From assembly GCA_017540545.1 (NCBI GenBank), contig JAFYAV010000002.1, positions 178,588 through 242,587 of the forward strand: a stretch of 64,000 nt of DNA, written 5' to 3'. Within the stretch, counting starts at the first letter, position 1. Each line of letters starts with the position of its first letter. The stretch comes from Candidatus Saccharimonadota bacterium (GTDB lineage: Bacteria > Patescibacteriota > Saccharimonadia > Saccharimonadales > Saccharimonadaceae). Made by a program: the position numbers and the translations under genes. This document shows positions 36,304 through 45,743 of the stretch, piece after piece. The notes under the pieces are model-generated. The model worked only from the letters and a program-made list of their open reading frames with translations. It ran no database searches and was not told where the DNA came from.

Positions 36304-39138
36304 ATGGAAATTCTTCACTTTTTTATGATGCCGATAGTTTGGATTCCAATAGTTATTGTTCTGATTGTTTTGACAGCCCGTAACTACCGCAAAATTAATC
36401 GCCTTCAGGTTCTTAATGTAGATAGCGTCCTTTTGATGATGGAGATACCAAAGGATAACGACAAGAAAGAGCTTGCCGCCGAGCAGCTTTTTGCATCCCT
36501 GCATGGTATTCTGCGCGACAGCAATGAGCTTAAAAACTCCGGTGGCGTTCAAGAACATCTTTCTTTCGAAATTGCCTCTAGCGGCAATCAAATCCGTTTC
36601 TTCGTCTGGACTCCAAAGGTCCTCCAGTCATTCGTAGAAGGGCAAATCTACTCACAATACCCCAGCGTTCAAATCTATCGTATGAAAGAAGATTATGTCG
36701 ATCGGCGCGCTAATTATCCTGTTTCTTACAGCGCAGAAATAGTCCTAACCGAAAACGAAGCCCTACCAATCAAGACCTTCGAATCATTCGAAGTTGACCC
36801 ATTAGCCGGTATTACCGGGACGCTCGCCAAACTCAATCCGAACGGCGGGGAAGAGCTGTGGATCCAAATTCTAACGCGCCCAGTCGCCGACGATTGGCAC
36901 AAAAAAACCGATTCATGGGTTAAAGCAGTCAAAGCAGGGAAGACGTGGGACTTCTTCCATATCGATTGGCAATGGCTCGCCGAAGTTATTGCCGCTTTAT
37001 GGCGCCCGCCAGAGGGCGGTACCGCTCAGCCAGTTACCGTAGAGCTCTCCGATCGCGATAAGACGCGCGTCTCTAAGGCGGAAGAAAAAGCCACAAAGCT
37101 CGGCTTTGCCGTTAAAATTCGCCTCGTCTATGTTGGCCAAGACGAGATGAATGCCAAACTCAATATGCAAGCTCTTGTTGGTACCTTCAAGCAATACAAC
37201 TCAACCAATCTAAACGGCTTCAAGATGCTAGGTGGCACTTTCGAAAAAAGCGCTCTTGATGCATACAAAGAACGCCAGTTCACCGATGAGGGTTTTATCC
37301 TAAACATCTCCGAATTGGCCTCGGTCTACCATCTGCCACACACGAACGTCGAAACGCCAAATATCGTCTGGGCGTCTAGCAAGACCGCCGAGCCGCCCGC
37401 TAAGTTGCCGATGCTCACCGGCGACTCCAGTTTCGACGAAAATATTTCTGCTTTTGGTCTTACTGATTTCCGAGGCATCAAACACCAGTTTGGTATGTAT
37501 CGTCGCGACCGCTCACGCCACGTCTATATCATCGGCCAGACTGGCTCAGGTAAATCTGGCTTACTCACCCTATTCGCTCTCAGCGACATCTATCATAATC
37601 AGGGCTACTGTATCATTGACCCGCACGGCGATCTTGCCATGGATAATCTTAAGTTCATCCCCGAAAGTCGCATAAAGGACGTTATCTACTTCAACCCCGC
37701 CGATACGCAATATCCGATGGCCTTCAATCCACTCGAAGTTTACGACCCAGCCCGCAAGCCGAATATCTCTTCTGAAGTCATTGGCGTATTGAAACGCATG
37801 TTCGGCGATTCTTGGGGTCCCCGCCTTGAGCATATCTTGCGCTATACTCTTCTCGCCCTGCTCGATCGCCCTAATAGTACACTGCTTGATATTTCGCGCA
37901 TGCTCACAGATAAAGAATTTCGCAAAGAGACGCTCTCCTACTGTACGGACGTAACTGTACTTCAGTTCTGGAAACAAGAATTTGGCTCCTGGGGCGACAA
38001 GCAAGTCAACGAATCTATTGCGCCAGTTCTCAACAAGGTCGGCGCCTTCACGGCCAACCCAATTATCCGTAACATCATTGGTCAACCAAAATCCAGCTTT
38101 GATATTCGCAAAATTATGGACGAGGGGAAGATTTTGGTCGTCAACCTCAGCAAAGGGCTTATTGGCGAAGACAATGCCGCCATCCTCGGCTCCTTCTTGG
38201 TCACCAAAGTCCAGCTCGCCGCAATGAGTCGTAGCGATATTGAAAATATCGAAGATCGTCGCCCCTTCTACCTCTACGTAGATGAGTTTCAGAACTTCGC
38301 CACCGACTCCTTTGCCGTCATTCTCTCCGAGGCGCGCAAATATGGCCTCAACCTCACTGTCGCCAACCAGTATACTAGCCAGATGACAGAGTCGGTCCGC
38401 GATGCCGTATTTGGCAACGTCGGCACCTCAATTAGCTTCCGCGTATCTGCCGATGATGCCCCAATCCTCTCAAAGCAATTTGAGCCCGTCTTTGAAGCTC
38501 AGGACCTCCTCAACCTCAACAATCGCCACTTTGTCATCTCGATGATTATTAACGGCGAAAAGACGCCTGCTTTCTCTGCCACTACCCTAAGCATCCCGAA
38601 ACCGCCGAACGATCTCACGCCACGCATTGTTGCCTACTCGCGCCAAACCTATGCCAGAGGAAGGGAAGAGGTCGAACAGGAAATTCGCGAAACTATCTCG
38701 GCGGCAGAAAAATATAAGAAAGAGCTCTCCGATTCCGGTCGCGAAGCTGGCGAGCGTGGCTCTCAACCCAAAGAGAAACCCCAATTCGTGCATGTGCCCA
38801 ACGCTACCCCTCAAGATGATTTTCGCAAACAAAAAATCTCCCCTAACGCCGCCGAAGGTGGCACGAGCTCTGGTAACGGACTCAAAGATATTGGTAAACT
38901 CCTAAGCGAGAAAGCTATCAAAAACACTACCGCCCTCAATAGCCCAAATATTAAACTCACAGAAGTCGAAAACGAGCCAGAAGACAATAGCGTTGAGACT
39001 GAAATAATCAATCATCGCCCAACTATCACGTCATCTGGCAACGGCAATGCGAAAATCACCCATACTGGCGGCCAATCTCGCGGCAATCGTAACCATAAAA
39101 ATCGCAACCGCAACAACAAAAATAAGAATCACTCTTAG
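36304..39138 (+). CDS. Type IV secretion coupling-protein-like ATPase (VirD4/TraG/TraD family)
   Basis: N-terminal TM anchor; Walker A YIIGQTGSGKSGLL; Walker B FYLYVDEFQNF; basic/low-complexity C-terminal tail; 944 aa. Confidence 0.7.
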   Translation: MEILHFFMMPIVWIPIVIVLIVLTARNYRKINRLQVLNVDSVLLMMEIPKDNDKKELAAEQLFASLHGILRDSNELKNSGGVQEHLSFEIASSGNQIRFFVWTPKVLQSFVEGQIYSQYPSVQIYRMKEDYVDRRANYPVSYSAEIVLTENEALPIKTFESFEVDPLAGITGTLAKLNPNGGEELWIQILTRPVADDWHKKTDSWVKAVKAGKTWDFFHIDWQWLAEVIAALWRPPEGGTAQPVTVELSDRDKTRVSKAEEKATKLGFAVKIRLVYVGQDEMNAKLNMQALVGTFKQYNSTNLNGFKMLGGTFEKSALDAYKERQFTDEGFILNISELASVYHLPHTNVETPNIVWASSKTAEPPAKLPMLTGDSSFDENISAFGLTDFRGIKHQFGMYRRDRSRHVYIIGQTGSGKSGLLTLFALSDIYHNQGYCIIDPHGDLAMDNLKFIPESRIKDVIYFNPADTQYPMAFNPLEVYDPARKPNISSEVIGVLKRMFGDSWGPRLEHILRYTLLALLDRPNSTLLDISRMLTDKEFRKETLSYCTDVTVLQFWKQEFGSWGDKQVNESIAPVLNKVGAFTANPIIRNIIGQPKSSFDIRKIMDEGKILVVNLSKGLIGEDNAAILGSFLVTKVQLAAMSRSDIENIEDRRPFYLYVDEFQNFATDSFAVILSEARKYGLNLTVANQYTSQMTESVRDAVFGNVGTSISFRVSADDAPILSKQFEPVFEAQDLLNLNNRHFVISMIINGEKTPAFSATTLSIPKPPNDLTPRIVAYSRQTYARGREEVEQEIRETISAAEKYKKELSDSGREAGERGSQPKEKPQFVHVPNATPQDDFRKQKISPNAAEGGTSSGNGLKDIGKLLSEKAIKNTTALNSPNIKLTEVENEPEDNSVETEIINHRPTITSSGNGNAKITHTGGQSRGNRNHKNRNRNNKNKNHS

Positions 39139-39187
39139 TACTTCGGGGCGAGAACCCCACTACACGACGGTTCCGGACATCCTTCCA

Positions 39188-39216
39188 TTGACAATAAAAT
39201 ATCTGTATGGCATAAT
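39188..39216 (+). promoter_or_regulatory. Sigma-70-type promoter of the degV-like gene
   Basis: TTGACA (39188-39193), 17 nt, CATAAT (39211-39216). Confidence 0.6.
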
Positions 39217-39280
39217 ATCATGATAGTTTTTGTGTCTCTAATCAATGCAATAACAGTTCTTTTCTATAGGAGGATGAAGT

Positions 39281-40279
39281 ATGGTTAATTTCCAGATACT
39301 CACCGATGCTTTATGTGACTTGCCTGCCGATTGGGTAGCTAGACGCGACTACTTAACCGTCGTCGAAACACCCATCATCGTAACTGGACGGCACCACAAT
39401 CTGACCTTGCGCAACTTAGTCGCCGACGACTTTAGCCAAGTCGAATATTATATCAATCAAGGTGACAGCGTTACTACCAGCCAACCCCACATTCTCGACC
39501 CTGACGGCATTAATCCGAACAGTATCGAATCGCTAACGCGCAAGTATGTTCTTGGCGGCAAAGATGTAATTTACATCGTCATGAACAGTGAACTTAGCGG
39601 CGCCTACGATACCGCCTCGGCCCTTTTCAGCCAGCTTGAAAATTGGGCTACAGAGCAGGGGAGACGCATCACCTGCGTCGATTCAAAGTGTATGTCGACC
39701 GGACTTGCACTGCTCCTCATGGAGCTAGACGAAAAGATTCGGTCCGGCAAGATCACCAATATCGCCGAAGTCCGCGATTTCGTCGAGAAAGAACGTGGCC
39801 ATATCGGCCATTATTTTACCTGGGGAGAGCTCTCGTATATAAAGCGCTCTGGTCGCGTAGATGGTGTTAGTGCCATGTTTGGTACGCTTTTGGGTATTCG
39901 CCCTATTTGTTCGGCGCAATACGGCGAGGATGGCGAAACTCGCAAACTTGAACACGTCAACCCGCATGCCATGATACGCGGTATCACCAAGTTCGGTGAC
40001 GTTATTGGCGCATATGCGAAGAAACATATCTCGAATCCAAACGGACCTGTCATTGTCGCTCATGGCAACGTTCCGCACGATGCAGAACTCGTCGCCAAGC
40101 AAATACGCAAATATTTGCCAAACGCCGTCATTTACATCGGACCCGAGTGGCGTTGTGGTCCTGGCATTCAGGCCCATGGCGGGCCTACGTCTATCCATGT
40201 CAACTTCCGCACCGACGACATCGGCACGCTCGAAGATACACGTAAAAACATGCAATCGATTATTCGCAACCTGAGATAA
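39281..40279 (+). CDS. DegV family (fatty-acid-binding) protein
   Basis: N-terminus ILTDALCDLPADW resembles the IvTDSt.DLP DegV start; 332 aa, slightly longer than the typical DegV size as I recall it. Confidence 0.6.
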   Translation: MVNFQILTDALCDLPADWVARRDYLTVVETPIIVTGRHHNLTLRNLVADDFSQVEYYINQGDSVTTSQPHILDPDGINPNSIESLTRKYVLGGKDVIYIVMNSELSGAYDTASALFSQLENWATEQGRRITCVDSKCMSTGLALLLMELDEKIRSGKITNIAEVRDFVEKERGHIGHYFTWGELSYIKRSGRVDGVSAMFGTLLGIRPICSAQYGEDGETRKLEHVNPHAMIRGITKFGDVIGAYAKKHISNPNGPVIVAHGNVPHDAELVAKQIRKYLPNAVIYIGPEWRCGPGIQAHGGPTSIHVNFRTDDIGTLEDTRKNMQSIIRNLR

Positions 40280-40310
40280 CAATCATAGCTCATTCAAACC
40301 TGCACTATAA

Positions 40311-40338
40311 GGCCCCACTCAACTCGCGGGGCCTTTTT
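40311..40338 (+). terminator. Rho-independent terminator
   Basis: GGCCCC...GGGGCC stem followed by TTTTT. Confidence 0.75.
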
Positions 40339-41219
40339 CATGCAAAAATCAAATATCAACAGAGGTCGTACAGAGATAAAAGGGTAGGGGAAGTGATAAT
40401 TTCAACCCTAACCCCTACCCCTGTTTTTCATAAAGTCCACTCCCCTGTTCTACCTCTGGTAATTATACCCCCACCTCTGTTGCTATCTAGTAAATGACCT
40501 AGACGACATTGAGCGGCTAAATTGAGCGGCTAAAATACCAAGCCCACAGAAAGCCACAGGACGCACGAAATAGCATTAGCAGCATCAGAATACATATATA
40601 GGTCAGAAAACGTCACTACGCGCAAAATAGGGCATAAATACGACAAATCTACGACCGGGCTCCAAAAACAAGCACAAACAGGACGTATGAATAATCGTCT
40701 TTTTGTCATATTTCCAATGTCGCACAATGTATATTTTACGACATATACATATAATGAACTCGGCTATATAGACAATCGTCCACAAACGGTAATAACACCT
40801 ACATAAAGCCCTGCTTATAGATGTATTTTAATTCTGCGGCTGTGGCAACGCGGCAACCAACCGCTCGCCAAAACATATAGTTGGAGGGGTGTCCCCCGGA
40901 AAAATCAGCCGGGGGAGCGCGTCACAAATCGCCAATTTGACAGCCAATACGTCGACTCAACGCCTCAACACCTTAAAATCGCATATTATGCCATAATTCC
41001 ATTCATGAAAATCATTATTCATGCGTGAAATTTCACATTTATTTGACTTTTTCACGCTTTCATTTTTTTATGCGCCCTACTCCCCTTGCCTGCCTATTTT
41101 TATTACGATCGCTCATCGCCCACCCCACCCATGCATAATCTCGTATAATTTTTACCCGAACAAAAACCGAACATTCAGGGAACTCGGGGGAGTGGAACTG
41201 CTAAATTTCAATAATCGGC

Positions 41220-41840
41220 TTATTTATAGTAAGCCTTCCCCTCCACGCGCAAATCAACGTAAGTCGCCCTAACTTTCTTTTTATCTAGATAACGAATCAT
41301 CCGCCCCATGTCCTCCGCCTGTACTGCACTGCCACGATCCACTGTCATCTTATAATATTCTTTACGATCTTTAACGAATACGTGCATCTCGCGCACTTTA
41401 TTCAAAGGCAAAATTACGTGATCAATCTCATAACCTTCTGATCGCGCGTCATCCTCTAAGCGCGCCACAAACAGCCTCACGCGAGAACTAATTTCTGTAT
41501 TAGCATTTTCGTCTTTTATATCCACCGTTGGCTCCGGCTGCTTCACGACTTCTTTCCTTGCCTGGTTCTCCGCCGCAATCTCTGCCACATAATGCCCCAC
41601 TACAACCCCTGCCAACACGATAATCAAAACAACACCAAGGACTACGCCAACATTCTTACGTTTGCTGCGCTTTCGTTCCTTCATGCGCTCCAACTTCGCC
41701 TTACGCTCATCCGCAAAGGCGTCACCCGCAATCGTCCGCCCAATTCGGTAACTCTCATTCTCACGCTTCTGACGACGTCGCGGTTGCTGCGCTACATCTT
41801 GTTCCAAAGACTTCTTTTTTCTACCGCCAGGTAGCTTCAT
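41220..41840 (-). CDS. Membrane-anchored protein, tentatively FtsQ/DivIB-like
   Basis: Basic N-terminus, single TM (VVLGVVLIIVLAGVVVG), C-terminal beta-rich domain ending ATYVDLRVEGKAYYK as FtsQ-type proteins often do; weak assignment. Confidence 0.4.
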   Translation of the reverse strand: MKLPGGRKKKSLEQDVAQQPRRRQKRENESYRIGRTIAGDAFADERKAKLERMKERKRSKRKNVGVVLGVVLIIVLAGVVVGHYVAEIAAENQARKEVVKQPEPTVDIKDENANTEISSRVRLFVARLEDDARSEGYEIDHVILPLNKVREMHVFVKDRKEYYKMTVDRGSAVQAEDMGRMIRYLDKKKVRATYVDLRVEGKAYYK

Positions 41841-41848
41841 TTCGACTC

Positions 41849-42919
41849 CTAATAGTTCTGTAGCACCTCGAGTCCAGGCAGAGTTTTGCCGGACAACAGC
41901 TCTAAGCTCGCGCCGCCACCCGTCGACACTAAGTTGAAGTTCAAGTCATCTTCCTTCAAGGAATCGACAAAACCAGCCGTGTCGCCGCCACCAATTACCG
42001 AAAAGCATCCATCATACGAGCCAATTGTTAGCGCCACAGCATGCGAGGCCTTTGCGAAGCGTGGATCTTCCACTTTACCGAGCACGCCATTCCAAACCAC
42101 CGTTTTCGACTTTAATACCATACTCATAATTTTCGCGGCACATTCTTTCGAGATATCTAGCTTAGCACCATTTTCATCTTCGACAAACTTGTCTGCCACA
42201 TATACTTTTTCATCGTTCGACGTATAACCATCGGCCGCTATCTTACCGCCCACTGCAATCCTGTCCGCAATCGGCAAAAACTTATCAATCAAAGGCTGCT
42301 TGTCTTCGACTTTTGCACCACCAATAATCACTAATAGTGGGCGCTCGGGGTTGTTTATAACGCTCTCCAGGCTTGAGACCTCTTTCTCGACCAAGAATCC
42401 CGCCACAGCCGGAATTTTCCTCGCAATCGCATCGGTCGACGCATGTGCGCGATGAATCACCGCGAAGCCATCCTGTACAAAGATGTCTGCCCCTGTTGCG
42501 CTGAGAATCTCGTCCGCATACGCATCCGAATTTTCTTCTTCCAATGGCGAAAAGCGCAAATTCTCCAACAAGATAATTCCACCTTGAGGTAAATTATCGA
42601 CCGCATATCTCGCCGCTTCACCGACTGTCGCATCGGAAAAACGCACATCCTTATCCGGAAGCAATTCCGCCAACTTCTTTGCGACTGGCGCTAATGAGAA
42701 TTCTGGCTTCGATTCGCCATCCGGACGACCCAAATGGGAAATCAAAATAATCTTTGCTACGTTCTGTTCCATTAAATATTGCAAAGTTGGCAAACTCGCA
42801 CGAATCCGCATATCGTCCGCCACCTCCCCATCTTTAATCGGTACGTTATAATCAACGCGCACCAAGACATTCTTTCCCGTCACATCAATATCGCGTACCG
42901 TTTTCTTCCGGAATCTCAT
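41849..42919 (-). CDS. pgk: Phosphoglycerate kinase
   Basis: VLVRVDYNVP, ISHLGRP, STGGGASLELLSGKTLPG; 356 aa (short for the family). Confidence 0.93.
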   Translation of the reverse strand: MRFRKKTVRDIDVTGKNVLVRVDYNVPIKDGEVADDMRIRASLPTLQYLMEQNVAKIILISHLGRPDGESKPEFSLAPVAKKLAELLPDKDVRFSDATVGEAARYAVDNLPQGGIILLENLRFSPLEEENSDAYADEILSATGADIFVQDGFAVIHRAHASTDAIARKIPAVAGFLVEKEVSSLESVINNPERPLLVIIGGAKVEDKQPLIDKFLPIADRIAVGGKIAADGYTSNDEKVYVADKFVEDENGAKLDISKECAAKIMSMVLKSKTVVWNGVLGKVEDPRFAKASHAVALTIGSYDGCFSVIGGGDTAGFVDSLKEDDLNFNLVSTGGGASLELLSGKTLPGLEVLQNY

Positions 42920-42934
42920 TTTTGCCTCCTATTT

Positions 42935-44371
42935 TTAAATCTTTCGGATTTGAATTTGGTTCGTTCCGCCCTCTTCGTCTACTAAACCAGACACGACCAC
43001 AACAGTTAACTCTTTCTTATCTTCGTCAAGCTTCAAATAGCCGTTATTCTTCAATTCCTGTATAGTGTCAATCACATAATTATCATCATATTCGCGCACA
43101 TAAGCAGAATTGGCATAAGTTAAGGCCAACTGCCCCGCTACGCGCTTATTGCTTGTAATGGAAACCATCGGAATGTTCGGACGTTGCGCAGCAATTGCCT
43201 CTGCCGTTGCGCCACTCTTCGTTGCTACCGCAATCAAGTCTGCGCCAATCTGCTCCGCCAAACGTACCACAGCGCGCGAAATCGCATCGTAATTCTTGTA
43301 GTTCCCTATCGTGTCTTTGTCGATCGGCAAAATTCGTGAATTATCCTGCGTATACAAAATGACCTTTTTCATCTCTTTGATAGCTTCAATCGGGTATTTA
43401 CCGTTCGCTGTCTCGTCTGAAAGCATCACCGCATCGGCACCGAGCAATACTGCCGTTGCTACATCGGAAACTTCCGCACGGGTTGGACGCGGATTATCCA
43501 CCATACTCCCCAACATCTGCGTTGCTACGATACAAATCTTTGAATACTGGCGACATAGCGCAATTAACTTTCGTTGCACAATCGGCACAATCTCAGCACC
43601 CGCCTCATAGGCTAAATCACCACGCGCCACCATAATGCCGTCGCTCGCCTTCACGATTGCCTCCATTACCTCGTCGCTCTCGACCGCCTTCTTAGTTTCA
43701 ATCTTCGAGATAATTTGCGCCGTCGAGCCATGCGATACCATCACTTGGCGTAACTTATCTACGTCATCCGCGCACTGAATGAAGCTCATCGCCACAAAAT
43801 CAAAATCACGGCTCGCGCCAAATTCGATATCGGCCAAATCTTTCTCGGTAATAATATCGCCGCCCATATCAGTATCAGGCAAATTAATGCCCTTACGGCT
43901 CATTACGAAACCATCATTCTCGACCTTAATCTTGATTGCCGTCTTCGACACAATCTCCGTAGTCGTGCCTTCAATTTTTCCATCAAATAATAATACTGGT
44001 TCGCCTACTTTAACTTTCTCGGCCAAGTTGTATTGCACTGGCAAAACATTGCCGCCATCATGCTGCTTGCAGGCATAATCTAAAATTAGCTCGTCACCAG
44101 CCTTTACGTCGTAATGGTTATTCTGCACGTCGCCCAATCGGATCTTCGGTCCCTGCAAATCCTGCACAATCGCCACACTCTTGCCTCGCTCTGCCGCATA
44201 ACGCCGAATTGTCGCAATCTGTTGGTCACGCTCTTCATAAGTACCGTGACTAAAATTTAAGCGAAAACCGTTCACGCCCGCATAAACCATTTCTTTCAAC
44301 TTCTCTTCTGCAAATACGGATGGGCCAACCGTTGCCAAGATTTTAGTGCGTTTAAATAATTTAGTACTCAT
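42935..44371 (-). CDS. pyk: Pyruvate kinase
   Basis: TKILATVGPS, NGFRLNFSHG, IISKIETK, MVARGDLAYE; 478 aa. Confidence 0.95.
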   Translation of the reverse strand: MSTKLFKRTKILATVGPSVFAEEKLKEMVYAGVNGFRLNFSHGTYEERDQQIATIRRYAAERGKSVAIVQDLQGPKIRLGDVQNNHYDVKAGDELILDYACKQHDGGNVLPVQYNLAEKVKVGEPVLLFDGKIEGTTTEIVSKTAIKIKVENDGFVMSRKGINLPDTDMGGDIITEKDLADIEFGASRDFDFVAMSFIQCADDVDKLRQVMVSHGSTAQIISKIETKKAVESDEVMEAIVKASDGIMVARGDLAYEAGAEIVPIVQRKLIALCRQYSKICIVATQMLGSMVDNPRPTRAEVSDVATAVLLGADAVMLSDETANGKYPIEAIKEMKKVILYTQDNSRILPIDKDTIGNYKNYDAISRAVVRLAEQIGADLIAVATKSGATAEAIAAQRPNIPMVSITSNKRVAGQLALTYANSAYVREYDDNYVIDTIQELKNNGYLKLDEDKKELTVVVVSGLVDEEGGTNQIQIRKI

Positions 44372-44451
44372 ACCTTAATTATATCATTAGATAACCAACC
44401 AACATAAGCTCTTTAGACGACAAACCCGGCCTTCCGACCGGTTTTTAAGCA

Positions 44452-45031
44452 TGAAAATAGGGCGTCTGCCTACAGGTTTAAATATACACTGTAGCAGGCG
44501 CCCATTTAGCTTATTATTGGTGGTGCCGCTCATGCGGCTTTTTTAAAACAATGGACTTTTCCCCATCTTTCCTCCGACTTATCGATCTCTCTTACATCGG
44601 GCAACTGGTAGTCCTATTCAGGCGTCTGCGCCTCTCGAGCTGCCGCCATCGGCGGGCTAGCGCACTGGGTCTCTGAAGACTACCGTTAACAATGGTTTTT
44701 TAACCTCGCGCATCATCCCTTCCGGCGACGTGCGCGAGGTTCCTACGTCGCTTGTCCAGTCTTTTCACGCTTAGGAGCCTCCTCTCCCCCAAAAAATGGT
44801 CCGTCACCCGCCTTTGCGCGGGCCGCATGGATTATTGGATGATACTAGCTAGGCAGAGGTCTCAGCCTCGCCGCGATCCAAAATGCGAACTAGCACAATT
44901 CCGAGCTGTTCGCATAGCCTTATGCTCCGGGCGAGCGTGCCCTAAGCAAAAGTCCACCAATATGTTTCATTTACTCACCCCCTCCCTGGTGGTTACTTTG
45001 ACTGTTTCATAATACAATTTAACGGCCAACT
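44452..45031 (-). ncRNA. Candidate large structured ncRNA (~580 nt), family unknown; strand tentative
   Basis: No ORF of 60 aa or more on minus; consensus minus-strand promoter; long-range closing helices, pseudoknot candidate, many GC hairpins; long hairpin 44503-44460 followed by UAUUUUC. Confidence 0.45.
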
Positions 45032-45037
45032 GTGCCT

Positions 45038-45066
45038 ATAATACCACACTATCGACTAAATGTCAA
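45038..45066 (-). promoter_or_regulatory. Consensus promoter driving the large ncRNA candidate
   Basis: Minus strand TTGACA (45066-45061), exactly 17 nt, TATTAT (45043-45038). Confidence 0.6.
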
Positions 45067-45707
45067 TACTTTTTCTCAACTTTTTCGTACAAATTCCTAT
45101 TCTACAGATAAGAGTCCCCTGCCCTAACTCAAAAATCTAGCATAAAGATAGGCGCACTTCGTGCGCCTTAAATAAGTGACTTTGATTGGAAAATGTGCAA
45201 ATATAGCCCAAATAATACGCTATCTTGCTGCCGCTTTTTCGCAAGCACGGAAAGTGCCGCGTCACGCTTTTGTCCGCAGACTCAATAGGGCCGCTCCAGA
45301 CGCACAAATGCGCCTCCCTATGGTGAAGCGACTGGGCAATCAATCGCCCAAACGCTTCACCTCACGTAACGACCATCATTCCAACCAGAAGACCTATCGG
45401 CCTTCTACCATTTCGCCACTACGAAGCCCCATGGCTGGGGAATAATTTGTCAGCGCCAGATCGATTTCGAAAAACCGGCTCGTTTTTCATCTTTGGTAGC
45501 ATATTCTATCTTATTAAATATGCCATCAACGATGAACTCGAATCAGTTAGCAGACGAAATAGCTGACGCACGGCGGGCCTCATGTTAACAAAGCCGGCCG
45601 GTCCAATCATGAAAAGAACAGCCGCTTTTCGTAAGCGACTGTGTGATTATACATACCGCATCAAAATATGTCAACAGTTATATGTACTCTTAGTCGCCTA
45701 GTCAGCA

Positions 45708-45716
45708 TGCTATAAT
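45708..45716 (+). promoter_or_regulatory. Extended -10 element upstream of the giant gene
   Basis: TGCTATAAT 28 nt upstream of ATG 45744; GAGG Shine-Dalgarno at 45735-45738. Confidence 0.5.
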
Positions 45717-45743
45717 AATCATAACAAGTATACCGAGGTAATA

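Noticed and set aside
41849-42919. Short phosphoglycerate kinase (356 aa) as a possible truncated or pseudogenised gene
   Set aside because: Both the N-terminal (VRVDYNVP) and C-terminal (STGGGASLE) signatures are intact and the frame is uninterrupted. It is probably just a compact orthologue.
44752-45012. 86-aa plus-strand ORF inside the structured-RNA region
   Set aside because: No SD or promoter. It lies within the GC-rich helices of the candidate RNA and is Arg/Ser/Leu-rich, as expected from random GC-rich sequence.
44452-45031. Tried to identify the large structured RNA as RNase P RNA, tmRNA, SRP RNA or 6S RNA
   Set aside because: The minus strand has GGAGGAAAG...GAAAAGUCC, and the plus strand has CCGACUUAUCGAUC, resembling the RNase P CCGGCUUAUCGG. 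But the two are on opposite strands and in the wrong order and position for a P4 helix. No AGGGUGAAA/GGUAA modules are present. No tRNA-like acceptor/T-arm with a GUUCGA-type loop or terminal CCA exists for tmRNA. The CCGGAAGG apex does not reproduce the SRP GGAA-GGAAGCAGC symmetric loop. It is too long for 6S. Left as unknown family.
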